Part shown: piece after piece, positions 19,680 to 30,187 of the stretch
Position numbering within the stretch: position 1 is the stretch's first letter
Layout of the letters: each line of letters starts with the position of its first letter
Assembly (NCBI GenBank): GCA_033763415.1
Contig: JANRKP010000024.1
Location: 2,587 to 66,586 of the forward strand
DNA length: 64,000 nt
Reading direction: 5' to 3'
From: Candidatus Melainabacteria bacterium
Lineage (GTDB): Bacteria > Cyanobacteriota > Vampirovibrionia > Vampirovibrionales > JAJTHC01
Position numbers and translations under genes: made by a program
The notes under the pieces: generated by a model
Databases searched by the model: none
Told to the model about the DNA's origin: nothing
What the model saw: only the letters and a program-made list of their open reading frames with translations

Positions 19680-20684
19680 TTGAACGCCCGCCCGACTTGG
19701 AACAGGAGATCCACTGGTATGATGACTACTTCCTTTTTGTCTTTCTTGCTGGCCAACTTGCTGGCCGCTGTGCAAAAAACCGTGCTGGAGCAGAAAACCA
19801 TGCTGGAGATCCTGCATCCTTCCACCCGGCGCCATTCCTCCCAACCGCATTTCACTCGACAGTCCAAAGGGCTCGCCACCATCGGCTTTGTGGCGTGCAT
19901 TGGTATCAGTCTTCTGCTTCCCTCAGCGGCTCTGGCCGAAGGGAGCGCCACCTGGTGGAACCCCATGAGTTGGCTTTCCGTGGAAACCGCCAATGACGCC
20001 AAAAAGACAACCCCACCCGACAAGGAGGCAACACCCCCTTCATCCAACAAGATGAGTAAACCCAAAAACGCTGTAAGCGCGACCAAAGGCAGTATTCCCG
20101 AAGCGTACCGAGGCGCGCTGCTACAGACAGAAAAAGGAAATGTGGTGCTGGAACTTTACCCCGAAGAAGCGCCCAAAACCGTTTCCAATTTTGTTAATCT
20201 GGTTGAAAAAGGCTTCTACAATACGCCCAATATGAAGTTTCATCGGGTGGTGGCCAACTTTGTGGTGCAAACCGGAGACCCGACCGGTACGGGCTACGGT
20301 GGCTCCAAAGAGCGAATTCCCCTGGAAGTGAAAAACAAGCTCTCGCACGACCGCAAAGGAACGGTCGCCATGGCCCGGGGGGCGGATCCCAACAGCGCCA
20401 GCAGCCAGTTTTACATTACACTGACTGCGCAAAAACATCTGGATGGAAAATACGCCATTTTTGGCCGCGCCATTAGTGGGCTGGATGTGCTGGACCAAAT
20501 TGAGCCCAATACCAAACTGTACGGCATCAAGCTCATTGATATTCGCAGCGTGCGGATTGACCAGGCAGCCAATGCTCCCAAAACCTGGAAGGATTCAGTC
20601 AAGGGGTTCTTCATTACCCCCTCGCCAGAGGAACAGGCCAACCGCAAACTGATGGATCAGGTGCCTTCGGCCTCCTTGGACTAG
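19680..20684 (+). CDS. Periplasmic cyclophilin-type peptidyl-prolyl cis-trans isomerase. The true start is probably the ATG at 19719 or 19800.
   Basis: Cyclophilin core (FHRVVANFVVQTGDPTGTGYGGS, GTVAMARGADPNSASSQFYITL) preceded by a signal peptide (IGFVACIGISLLLPSAALA). Confidence 0.85.
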   Translation: MNARPTWNRRSTGMMTTSFLSFLLANLLAAVQKTVLEQKTMLEILHPSTRRHSSQPHFTRQSKGLATIGFVACIGISLLLPSAALAEGSATWWNPMSWLSVETANDAKKTTPPDKEATPPSSNKMSKPKNAVSATKGSIPEAYRGALLQTEKGNVVLELYPEEAPKTVSNFVNLVEKGFYNTPNMKFHRVVANFVVQTGDPTGTGYGGSKERIPLEVKNKLSHDRKGTVAMARGADPNSASSQFYITLTAQKHLDGKYAIFGRAISGLDVLDQIEPNTKLYGIKLIDIRSVRIDQAANAPKTWKDSVKGFFITPSPEEQANRKLMDQVPSASLD

Positions 20685-20767
20685 GGCACGCCCTAATGGT
20701 CCAGTAGCCCCCTCCCTCGTTCGTTGGGCTATTGTGGCCAATCCATCTCCCTGCTGGAATTCTGAAC

Positions 20768-21385
20768 CTACTCAGAGGGTCTGGTGTTGGTTTCCACCAT
20801 TAGGCCTGTTTCTTCCGCAGGGGTTTGAATGGGAATCCGAACCGATTTTGTTGTTGCTGCGGTATCGGATGGTGTATTGACGTTGGTAAGCGCGTTGGTG
20901 TTGGGCGGTGTTACATAGTCCGCCTTCAGCCTTTTTACAATGTGTTTGGCCAGCGTTTGAGACGTTCGGTTGACGTTACCAGGCCAGTCTGGAAAGATAA
21001 AGCGCCGCACCTGGGTAGACCAAACCTCTGGCCCACCAGTCCCTGCCGTAACACTCACGATTACCAGTGCGCAATCGGACCATTTGCAACGTAGGCGAAT
21101 CACGCCTTCTGCCGGGCTTTTGTACGGCAACGTTTTATCGTGAGAGAGTTCCCAGGCAAGCGTTTCCTCAATGTCTCCCGGCAGGCGGTTTAAGTCCGTC
21201 GACATCACGTCGTGCAGTTTTTCAACCTCAAACGAGCCAAGCGCACGAAAGGCCGTTAACTCAATGGGGGAGTAAGGCTTTTTTGCAGCGCGTTCCGCAC
21301 CAAGCACAAACGGAGAAGACACGCTCAAAAGGACGGACAGAAAGGCGAGCAAAAGAAAGTACGTTTTAGCGGTTCTGTTGGCCAT
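20768..21385 (-). CDS. hypothetical secreted protein
   Basis: Signal peptide MANRTAKTYFLLLAFLSVLLSVSSPFVLGA. No recognized domain. Confidence 0.45.
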   Translation of the reverse strand: MANRTAKTYFLLLAFLSVLLSVSSPFVLGAERAAKKPYSPIELTAFRALGSFEVEKLHDVMSTDLNRLPGDIEETLAWELSHDKTLPYKSPAEGVIRLRCKWSDCALVIVSVTAGTGGPEVWSTQVRRFIFPDWPGNVNRTSQTLAKHIVKRLKADYVTPPNTNALTNVNTPSDTAATTKSVRIPIQTPAEETGLMVETNTRPSE

Positions 21386-21622
21386 GGTGTTTGGGTCCTC
21401 TCCAACCGTGCGCATTACCCAGGTTACTGCTGTTATTGTGGGTTAAATCCGGCAGCTTCTGCACCCTCCACCTGCGGGAGCTTGTTGCAAACAACCTCCT
21501 CCTTCCAACGGAGCGAGCCCCGTATACACACGGATTCGTTTTACTTAAACTGTAGTGGTCTGGCTGCACAACACTCTGGCTGCACAACACAATGACCCTA
21601 ATTTTGGAGCGTTACCCAATCA

Positions 21623-22543
21623 ATGCAAACCGTGGATCTACGTTGGTTATCGGCAAAACAAACCCCACTCCCCCCAACAGCCGCCGTTAGTCCTTTTCAC
21701 ACCAATCATTCACTTCGGTGGGGGCAAGACCCACAACCGCAAGACTCACAACCGGAAGATCTGTCCGACCGGCTGATGCTCAGCGGGAAAGACGCCCAAA
21801 AAGCCGTCCAAAATGCGCTTCGCGCGCCGTTACTGAACGCAGATGGCACACTGCGCCTCAACGCCGCAGAAACCTTATTAATCACCCCCAAAACCATTCG
21901 CAAAGAGACCCTCAGCACCTTGAACGTGGCAGAATGGCAAACCGTGACCCAACAGGCGCTCAAACTAGCCCGACCCACCACAACCCAGGGCGGTGCGTCT
22001 CGCCTGGAACTATACCAAGACCTACAAGAGCATTACAAAACCCTGCTGGAAAAACGCACCGAGAGTAAAAGCCTTTTTGGGGGGTTGGGCATCGTGAGCG
22101 GCTTAATCACCGGGCTCAATCCAGCGATTGGTTCAACGGCCATTTTAATTGCGTTTGGCAACGCTATGTTGTTTGAGCGACTGGGCGCCCGCAATAATAC
22201 CCTTCGGCAGGCGGGTAATATTATTGCGCGCACCGCCCAAGAAACCCGCCAAAACTTGAGCATCGAAAAAATTGGGCTCGAATGGGATTTAGAAAAAGCC
22301 CAAGACTTGCAACAAAGCCTTGGCCAGTGGGAACTGAACGCTCGCCGCAAAGGCGAAAACGTGGATGAAACCTTCGTTACGCCAGAACTGGTCAATACGG
22401 TGTTACAGGCCACCGAGTCGCGCTTTTACGCCTCACTTCAACCCCACCTGGATCATCTGAACGCCGCCTTACCAGAACCTGTTCAACAACACCTGCAGCA
22501 CGAGGTAGGCATGGCTATTTTGGCGAAGAACCCTGCGCAATAA
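21623..22543 (+). CDS. hypothetical protein (306 aa)
   Basis: Intact ORF. Possible internal TM segment (LFGGLGIVSGLITGLNPAIGSTAILIAFGNAMLF). Confidence 0.4.
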   Translation: MQTVDLRWLSAKQTPLPPTAAVSPFHTNHSLRWGQDPQPQDSQPEDLSDRLMLSGKDAQKAVQNALRAPLLNADGTLRLNAAETLLITPKTIRKETLSTLNVAEWQTVTQQALKLARPTTTQGGASRLELYQDLQEHYKTLLEKRTESKSLFGGLGIVSGLITGLNPAIGSTAILIAFGNAMLFERLGARNNTLRQAGNIIARTAQETRQNLSIEKIGLEWDLEKAQDLQQSLGQWELNARRKGENVDETFVTPELVNTVLQATESRFYASLQPHLDHLNAALPEPVQQHLQHEVGMAILAKNPAQ

Positions 22544-22828
22544 CTTGTTCAGTCACAAAAAATTTGTCGGCCCTCCACGGATTGCGAACCCCTCGGGTGC
22601 AACACCATGTTCAAGTGCAAGCTATCATTACGCAGCCAACCGATTTTGTTACGCGCGTGTTTAAGGTACATTAAATAGCCGTATCTGTGGGTGTGATGCT
22701 TGATAATGCACTCGCAACCCCGTGTATGTTCCCCCGCCCCACGGCCTTGCCCACACCCGCGACAAGGCGACAAGGAGTTTTGGGTGTCTGTGTCAGCTCA
22801 TTTTTCTCGCCGTCAAGCTTCCGTCCGT

Positions 22829-24415
22829 ATGATTGAAACCGTAAACCCCGCCACTGGAGAACCGTTTGCACTCTACCCGATTGTCTCTGCCGAAGGGGTC
22901 CAGGAGATGGTTCGAGAGGCGCGGCGCGTTTTACCCGCCTGGAGAAACGCCTCTTTTGCGGTTCGGCAAATCATTCTCAACCGAACGGCAGAAGCACTCA
23001 TGGCCAATGCCGATGTGTTGGCGCGAAAAATATCGGAAGAAACCGGCAAGCCGCTTCGAGAAGCCTACGAAACGGATTTGTTGGCTGCCCTGGCCACGTT
23101 GCGCTATATGGCCCGCAACGGCCCTAAAACGCTCCGGGATCAATGGCTATGGAACTGGAAAACCCTGCTACTCGCCCGCACACATCGGGTTCGGCGGCTT
23201 CCTAAGGGGGTAGTGGCCCTCATTACACCGTGGAATTACCCACTGGCCATTGCCGTCAGTGGCATGGCAATGGCTTTAATGGCGGGCAATACGGTTATTG
23301 TTAAACCCAGCGAGCGCGCCCCCGGGGTTGTGCTGGATTTGGTCCGCATGGTGCAGCACGAACTGGCCCGCCGCGGCCTGCCGGAAACGATTGTTCAAAT
23401 TGCAACCGGCAACGGCAGTACCGGCCAAACCCTGTGCGAAACGATGAGCCAGCCCGACGGGGTGGATCACGTGCTCTTTACCGGAAGCAACCGTGTGGGT
23501 CGGCAGGTGCTGGCCCTGGCGCAACTGGCGGGCAAAACCGCCAGCCTGGAACTGGGCGGCAGTGACGCGATGATTGTCCTAGACGGGGTGGAAGATTTAG
23601 ACACCGTGGCCAGTTACGCCATATGGGGCCGTTTTGCCAACGCCGGGCAAAGCTGTGCCGCAGTAAAACGGCTGTTGGTGCATCGCGCGCTGTATGCCCG
23701 AATGCTGCACGTTTTGACTGAAAAAATGGCACGTTTTCACGTAGGCGATCCATTGGCGGCAACAACCCACATGGGACCACTGATTGCCGAAACGCAGTGC
23801 CAGCAGCTTAGCCTGCAAGTGGAAGATGCCACGGAACGCGGCGCACAACTTATTACGGGTGGTTTTCGGCTCAACCGCCCCGGATTCTTTTATGCGCCCA
23901 CCATTCTGGCGGATGTTCCGCTGGAATCGCGCGTTTTGCGAGAAGAGGTGTTTGGACCCGTACTGCCAGTGGTTCCGTTTGATACGGAAGAAGAGGCCAT
24001 TGCGCTGGCCAACCAAACCGCTTACGGCCTAACGGCCTGTGTTTTCGGTCCTCGCGTTCAGGCCTCACGCATAGCCCGGCGATTGCAGGCGGGAACGGTT
24101 GCCGTTAACGATGTTCCATTGGCGAACTATGGCTGGCCGATGGTGCCCTGGGGCGGCTGGAAGGAAAGCGGCCCTGGCTGGCGACACGGAACAATCGGCC
24201 TGGAGGAGCTGACACAAATCCAGGTGGTTACTGAACATTGGGGGCTTGCCGTTCCCTGTCTCAAACGGCCCCCGTGGCTGTTTGGCACCCATCCCTCGGA
24301 TGTAAATTTTTCTCATTACCTGTTGCAAACGTTTGGTTTGGGCAAATGGTTTACCCAACAAACGCCCGCCTTCCTCAAGGCCTTGTGGAAAAACCGATCT
24401 TCGAGCAGGCTGTAA
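22829..24415 (+). CDS. NAD(P)-dependent aldehyde dehydrogenase family protein with a C-terminal extension of about 70 aa
   Basis: ALDH motifs (VNPATGEP, ITPWNYPLAIAV, ELGGSDAMIVL, catalytic Cys region GQSCAAVKRLLV). ATG at 22829. Confidence 0.85.
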   Translation: MIETVNPATGEPFALYPIVSAEGVQEMVREARRVLPAWRNASFAVRQIILNRTAEALMANADVLARKISEETGKPLREAYETDLLAALATLRYMARNGPKTLRDQWLWNWKTLLLARTHRVRRLPKGVVALITPWNYPLAIAVSGMAMALMAGNTVIVKPSERAPGVVLDLVRMVQHELARRGLPETIVQIATGNGSTGQTLCETMSQPDGVDHVLFTGSNRVGRQVLALAQLAGKTASLELGGSDAMIVLDGVEDLDTVASYAIWGRFANAGQSCAAVKRLLVHRALYARMLHVLTEKMARFHVGDPLAATTHMGPLIAETQCQQLSLQVEDATERGAQLITGGFRLNRPGFFYAPTILADVPLESRVLREEVFGPVLPVVPFDTEEEAIALANQTAYGLTACVFGPRVQASRIARRLQAGTVAVNDVPLANYGWPMVPWGGWKESGPGWRHGTIGLEELTQIQVVTEHWGLAVPCLKRPPWLFGTHPSDVNFSHYLLQTFGLGKWFTQQTPAFLKALWKNRSSSRL

Positions 24416-24625
24416 CCCTTCCTACCCAAGTTGCAGCATCCTGGCCCAGTACGCTTCTTCTCTCTCTCCGCTTAGTTTTTGAGTTCTATCTGCATTGCCT
24501 AGCCATTGCTAAGATTAGCTTAAGCCTGTCAACAACGAAGGGTTTGCCGACGTTTATACAAGCAGCCCTGTCCAGTTGAGAGACATGGCGGTCCACGTTA
24601 GGAGTAGAGAGAGGAACTTTAGCCT

Positions 24626-24895
24626 ATGGGTGGTTTTCAGCCCACCAGTTATTCGTCGTCCGGTGGTTCCTTTATGGGACCCTCTCCGTTTGATTTGCAG
24701 CAAAGGCAGCACACAGGCCAAAGTGGCTTGGGTGTCGGCGCTTCGGCACAAGCCCAAGCGACCCTTGAACGCCAGGAAATGGAGAAAAAGCTTGAGGCTC
24801 TGGCCCAATTTCGGAGCCAGCAAAACGCAGACGGCGGTAATAACGCGCCCATTGGCCAAAATGGCGGTTGGCAATCACTCGATATCTCCTCCTAA
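24626..24895 (+). CDS. small Gly/Gln-rich protein (89 aa), paralog A
   Basis: gagagga RBS upstream. Shares MGG..., GPSPF.L and a C-terminal GGWQSLDISS motif with the ORF at 25265. Confidence 0.5.
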   Translation: MGGFQPTSYSSSGGSFMGPSPFDLQQRQHTGQSGLGVGASAQAQATLERQEMEKKLEALAQFRSQQNADGGNNAPIGQNGGWQSLDISS

Positions 24896-25264
24896 AATTG
24901 CGGCAAGAATTGGTTCGGGATGATTGGTTGGGGAGTGATAAGGAAGGCTTTTCAAAAGATTTGCTTAAGGCTGTCATCAGCGCGAGCACAAAAACGTTTA
25001 TGCAATTGTGCGATTGAGCACATCGCAAAGCAAAACACCCTGAGTCCAGACGTTATCTCGTATCAGTAGCGTATCAGCCATAGAAGTACTGTCTGCGCCA
25101 GGGTGATCTGAATGTATCGGTGTTGTTTTTTATACGGACATACGAATAAACGGTCGGAAAGTTGGCTACAGAAGGTTAGCTAATGGTTGCCAAGGGCGCC
25201 TTTACAAATCATTCATCTGCCAACAGCGCCACACACACATAGAGGCCATATTGGGGGGCAAATT

Positions 25265-25543
25265 ATGGGCGGTTACAACTGCACAACCAATTGTCAGGGA
25301 ACGGGCGTACAACCAGGCGGGCCATCTCCGTTTCAGCTCAAACGGGTCAACGGCAGCGAAGAGGGTGGAGCAGTTGGAGGCACCGGAGGAGCAGACCGAC
25401 TACAGAATGCTCAGCAACGGGTTTTCCAGGCAGAAACAAACCTGAACATGGCCCATTTAAGGCTACAACAGGTGCAGCAAGCAGCCCAAAGCAAACCCAT
25501 CCAAGAAGGGGGTCAGTGGCAAACGGTGGATACCGCCTCCTAG
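25265..25543 (+). CDS. small Gly/Gln-rich protein (92 aa), paralog B
   Basis: Begins MGGYNCTT, contains GPSPFQL, ends GGQWQTVDTAS. Paralogous to 24626..24895. Confidence 0.5.
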   Translation: MGGYNCTTNCQGTGVQPGGPSPFQLKRVNGSEEGGAVGGTGGADRLQNAQQRVFQAETNLNMAHLRLQQVQQAAQSKPIQEGGQWQTVDTAS

Positions 25544-25549
25544 TAGTTT

Positions 25550-26836
25550 TTATCTGGCATAAACAGGCTTTGTAGACTCCGCACAGTGCTGTTGTAACTG
25601 CTCAGCCATGCGCAATGCACTGTGGTTGGGCAAGCCAAGCTGGTTCCTCACCTGGCGAGAGGCCTCAGACGGATCTGCGGGCGGTTGCCGTAATTGCTGT
25701 AATAGTTCTGCTGCCAGTGTCTCTACTTTCGTATACCGCGAGAGTAACCCTTGGGCCACTGGCGCATTCCATTGCGTGGGATTGACGGGCGGGCCAGTGA
25801 GTAAGACGGGCTTGCCCAGCATCAACCCCTGCACCACCATCGAAGAATCCTGGGTCAGTACGGCGCTGGCCTGCGCTAAAGCCCGTTCGGTCGGCTGGTG
25901 TTTGGGCAGAATTTCAACCAAACCCGTCAGCCCCATGCGGTCAATCCACTGACGTTCGACAGCCCCGTCCTGGCTGGGATGCAGTGCCACCTGGAACTGG
26001 GCTCGTCCAGCCCATTGGCGGGCCAGGCTGCAAAATAACCCAAAAGCCTCTTCGTACCCAGCCCCATAGCCTCCAACCCATAACAGGCGGGGTGGGGGTT
26101 GCAGTGTTTGTGGGGTGCTCGGAGCGGTCAGGGGCGTCTGGGTCGCAGCATCCGTTGTCGCAGGGCTGGCGGATAGATTCTGTCGCTCCCAGCGATCGGC
26201 GGTGGGCTGGCCCACAACCGCAACCGGCATTTGGGGCAAGCATTGCCGTAGCCACGCGGCCTGCACCGCCGTGGGCACCCACCAGGCAGATAGGGTTTTG
26301 GCGAAGCGTTGGAACAACTCCGTTGTAGGATTGAGCGTGTAGCCATCGGTATAGCCCACCACGGGCGCCCCCTGGCGACGAAACAGACCGGAGAGCAATT
26401 GCTGAAAAGGAGAAACCACCCCGGTCATCACCACGGCCGGGTGCAGCCGCTGACAGAGGGTCGTCATTTGCTGCCACCAGGCGGCTTGCTGGGTTGGCGT
26501 GCCCGCCACAGGCGCATCGGGCAAGGAGACCTGATGCGGGTGTCCGGCCAACAGTCGGCTGGCCGTGCCCGTTGTCAGCAATGTGTAGGGAACGTGGGCT
26601 TGCGCCAGCCTGGCAATAACGGGCCGCAACGCCTCGGTTTCTCCGGCATCGTGCAGTAAAAAAGCCACCCCGGACGACTCAGCCACCGGCACAGATACTG
26701 TCGTTTGCCGATTGGCGCTTTTTGGCCAAGCACTATTTGGCCAAGCACCTCTTTGGCAGCCAGACGGGGGTATGGCTGTTGTATTTGTAGCTGTTGTATT
26801 TATAGCTGTTGTACTAAAGCAGAGCGTTGTACCCAT
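25550..26836 (-). CDS. hypothetical protein, possibly GT-B fold glycosyltransferase-like. The 5' end is uncertain because a repeat-rich region lies at 26700 to 26830.
   Basis: Long ORF. Weak resemblance to the Rossmann-like GT-B C-terminal half (KPVLLTGPPVNPTQ...). Direct DNA repeats at its 5' end. Confidence 0.35.
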   Translation of the reverse strand: MGTTLCFSTTAINTTATNTTAIPPSGCQRGAWPNSAWPKSANRQTTVSVPVAESSGVAFLLHDAGETEALRPVIARLAQAHVPYTLLTTGTASRLLAGHPHQVSLPDAPVAGTPTQQAAWWQQMTTLCQRLHPAVVMTGVVSPFQQLLSGLFRRQGAPVVGYTDGYTLNPTTELFQRFAKTLSAWWVPTAVQAAWLRQCLPQMPVAVVGQPTADRWERQNLSASPATTDAATQTPLTAPSTPQTLQPPPRLLWVGGYGAGYEEAFGLFCSLARQWAGRAQFQVALHPSQDGAVERQWIDRMGLTGLVEILPKHQPTERALAQASAVLTQDSSMVVQGLMLGKPVLLTGPPVNPTQWNAPVAQGLLSRYTKVETLAAELLQQLRQPPADPSEASRQVRNQLGLPNHSALRMAEQLQQHCAESTKPVYAR

Positions 26837-27267
26837 TCCAGGCCTGGCTTTCTACGTCACTGTCATCCATTGATTGTGCCTAAAACAAACAGCCTGCCCC
26901 GTACGTCGGCTGCAAACACTATAAACCCCGAAAATACCGGTTGGTGCTCGTACGCCAACACGACCACTTTAGAGTACGAACACTGCAACACGGACACTTT
27001 GGATGAAAGAAACGCTGCCCAGGGCACTGCTTTTCTTTTGATAGAACCACTTGCGAACAACATGCATTGACAACACGCATCCGCACGACGCCAAACAACA
27101 CCGATTGGCAATTGGAACCGGTTAGCCGTACAATAGTTTGAGCTTAAAAGGTAATGACACTTGAGTCATTCAGGCTGTTTCAAGGCACGGTTGCTACCTG
27201 TGCGTCCAGCGGGTAGTTGGTTTAAGAGGCACTGTATTGGTCGGCCATTAGTTTAGTTGAGGGTTCT

Positions 27268-28881
27268 ATGGTTCGTTATCCGCGGCGACGCCGTAAGCGT
27301 TCTCTGTTTAACAATTTTTACCTCAACCCCCGGGCTCAGTATGTGCTCACTATTTTTAGCGCCATGGGCCTTGCCGCGCTTATTTTTTCTGGCTTTTTAC
27401 TGTTTCGCTACTCCGACAGTGGGGATTTAATTGCCCGTGGCAAGCAACAAATGGCAGAGGGCAAGGTGGCTTGGGCGGCCCACACCTTTCAAATGTTGGT
27501 GCGTCGGGATCCCAACAACTATGAAGGCCATTTTTTACTCGGTCAGGCCTACCTGGAACTAGGCGACCGACGAAAAGGGGAACAGGAACTAAAAATTGCT
27601 TCCGCCCTTCGGTCCAAAAATCCGGGCGCCAAAGGCGGCAACGGGGTTGATATCGCCATGAGCAAGCTGGCCATGGCGCAAAATCGCTTTGATGAGGCCG
27701 AATCGGGCTTAAAACAGGCTTACCAGAAAAATCCCAACAACGTGGAAGTACAAGAGGCGCTCTTTGATCTTTACGAATACTGGGGAGACGCCGACAGTGC
27801 AACCTCTCCCCCCGATCTGGCCAACGCCATTCGCCACTACGACCAGGCATTGGCTTTCGCCACGGATTACCAATCCGAAGAATCGCTGAAAGAAAAACTG
27901 GTGAGTACCATGCGACAGCAGGCCACCGAACACTTTAACGCCAAGCAAACCGACGCCGGTTTGGCCGTGCTGAAAGAGGCCTTGCGCTACCGCTATGCGC
28001 CTGAAATTCTGGTGGAAATTGCCAACATCTACGAAAGCCACAATAAGCTGGATGACGCCATTGCCTGGTATCGCAAGGCGTTTGACGCCAACCCGGATAC
28101 CATCAGCCTGCGCCTGTCCAATATCCTCACGCGCAAAGGGCGCCTGTTACTGGATCAGAAAAAGCCACAAGAGGCAGAGCGCTACTTTGACGAAGCCCGA
28201 AAAATCAGCGAAATGACTCAAATCCCGCCCCACGTGCTCTATCCGGTCAAGGTCACCAAGGTCAATATTCAGGCGCAAGATCTGGAACCTCAAACGGGCG
28301 AATTTACCCCAGAGGTTTCTGCCCTGGTAGAGAACAAGGCGGATCGTCCGCTGAATTTTCTCGTGTTGAAGGCCACTTTTCTCTCCGGCGATCAGGTGCT
28401 GGATCAGGCATCGATGGTGGTTGCCTCGTTGAAAGAACCACTGGCCCCCAAAGGCCTGAGTGGCAGTTCGCGAAGCGTCTCGCTGAAAGCAGGCAGTAAG
28501 TCCAGTTTACACATGCTCAAAGAGGGCCAGTTGCAGGTTAAGCTGTCAGTGGCTTACAACGAGGGAGAATCTCCAGACTGGCAGGTAAAGGCCCTGCAGG
28601 AAGGGCAAATTCGAATGAGCATTCCAGCCGACACGGAAGAAGGCGAAGAAACCCCGGAAACCTCTCGCGGTAACGCTTCAGACGCAGTGGCCCCTTCTAC
28701 GCAGAGACGCAGCAATTCCACCAGCACAAACCCCCAAGGCGGTTCGGCCCGCACGCATCAAGGTGGTGGCGTCTCAAACCCATCGGGTTCAAACAGCAGC
28801 GCGCCGGTACCAACCGCGCCCGTGCCCAACGCGCCACCGACGGCGCCCACGCCACCCAGTCCGCCAAGGCAAACGACCTAA
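27268..28881 (+). CDS. TPR-repeat protein with an N-terminal membrane anchor and a P/S/T-rich C-terminal tail
   Basis: TM helix VLTIFSAMGLAALIFSGFLLF. Several TPR-like AxxY/LGxAY motifs. C-terminal APVPTAPVPNAPPTAPTPPSPP. Confidence 0.7.
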   Translation: MVRYPRRRRKRSLFNNFYLNPRAQYVLTIFSAMGLAALIFSGFLLFRYSDSGDLIARGKQQMAEGKVAWAAHTFQMLVRRDPNNYEGHFLLGQAYLELGDRRKGEQELKIASALRSKNPGAKGGNGVDIAMSKLAMAQNRFDEAESGLKQAYQKNPNNVEVQEALFDLYEYWGDADSATSPPDLANAIRHYDQALAFATDYQSEESLKEKLVSTMRQQATEHFNAKQTDAGLAVLKEALRYRYAPEILVEIANIYESHNKLDDAIAWYRKAFDANPDTISLRLSNILTRKGRLLLDQKKPQEAERYFDEARKISEMTQIPPHVLYPVKVTKVNIQAQDLEPQTGEFTPEVSALVENKADRPLNFLVLKATFLSGDQVLDQASMVVASLKEPLAPKGLSGSSRSVSLKAGSKSSLHMLKEGQLQVKLSVAYNEGESPDWQVKALQEGQIRMSIPADTEEGEETPETSRGNASDAVAPSTQRRSNSTSTNPQGGSARTHQGGGVSNPSGSNSSAPVPTAPVPNAPPTAPTPPSPPRQTT

Positions 28882-29039
28882 TAAACTCGAAGCGCACGGC
28901 AGCCTGTCACTATCCAACGTGTCCGCTATACAGCCAGTCTGGTCTGTTTTTTCGGTGTTAGCTGCTCAAGAATCGCTCCCACGTAAGCTCTGTCCAGAGA
29001 GAAGGGGCGAGAAAGTGACCTTGGATGTGTCAACACAAC

Positions 29040-29906
29040 CTAATAACGAACGTCAGACACGTCGTCATCACCCGGCAAACCAACCTGACGGCTTCGTATC
29101 GGCTTGCGGGCCGAAGAAAGTCCATCGGCAGACAGTTCTGGCCATACCGACTGGTGCGCCTGAGCCAAAAAGTGCCAATAAGTGATGTAGGAAGCGCCAA
29201 TCGCCAGTGGAAAACCTAAACAGGTCACCACGCCACCAATAATGGTGCAGCACAGGGCCACGGCCACCAAGCCATACAGCAGGCCCGCCCCCATCGTAAA
29301 CAGGCCCGCCAGCCAAATCCAACCGTAACACTTCAACGTCAGCGGAATCGTCTCCTGGAAACGCCACAGGTCTGCAAACCGACGATTTTCCGACGCATAC
29401 AAGAGGGGGGTGGTAAAAAACGGCCACGCCAGCAAGGCCACCAACGCAAACGGAATAAGTAGCAACAGTGCCAGGGGAGCCATCTCTCGGCCACCTGCTA
29501 TAAAAATTGCAATCATAGCCACGATTGGAACGATGGCCAGGGCCAAGGTTAGCAAAAACTGGTACGCAAACAGCTTTAGCCCATCCAGAAAAAAGGCAAA
29601 AAGCTTCTCAGACCAGCGAGGCGGGGGGGCCTCAAGCCCCTCTTGTCTCCAAGTGGCGCACGCGTGCCAGCAAAAACCCGCAATGGGAATGGCGGCCAAA
29701 ATATCGAACGGCAGGTGCAATAAATCAGGCACCTGTTCTAAAACTTTGCTATCAATTTTGTCGTGAAAAACGGCCGCAAAAATCACGGTAATGAGAATCG
29801 AGAGAATCAGCTTCACGTACTCAATGGCGCCAGGCACAAAAACTGCATCTACCCGGTGTGGTTCCTGCCACGCGTACAACAATCCCTGCTTAAAGTCGAT
29901 ATTCAT
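29040..29906 (-). CDS. hypothetical polytopic membrane protein
   Basis: Multiple hydrophobic helices. ATG at 29906 (MNIDFKQ). Confidence 0.5.
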   Translation of the reverse strand: MNIDFKQGLLYAWQEPHRVDAVFVPGAIEYVKLILSILITVIFAAVFHDKIDSKVLEQVPDLLHLPFDILAAIPIAGFCWHACATWRQEGLEAPPPRWSEKLFAFFLDGLKLFAYQFLLTLALAIVPIVAMIAIFIAGGREMAPLALLLLIPFALVALLAWPFFTTPLLYASENRRFADLWRFQETIPLTLKCYGWIWLAGLFTMGAGLLYGLVAVALCCTIIGGVVTCLGFPLAIGASYITYWHFLAQAHQSVWPELSADGLSSARKPIRSRQVGLPGDDDVSDVRY

Positions 29907-30187
29907 AGACCTACACCCGTTTCCGCCGCTATCCAATATGCATTCACACGCCCTAACCTACCATTTGTTTAAATTGTACTATAGCATCTCTTCTGACCAT
30001 GCGACGCGTTTTTAAAATCGGCTGTTTGTAGGTGAGGCTTCGTTTGAAGCAACCACCCATCATCACCAACTCAAGATCTGTCACCAACGAAATAAGGTTC
30101 CGGCAAACTGGCCAGAACCCTATTAAAGTTGAAAGATATCTCAATATCGCAACAAGGAAGCGTTCTCGCTCCGCAACCAAGCACGCT

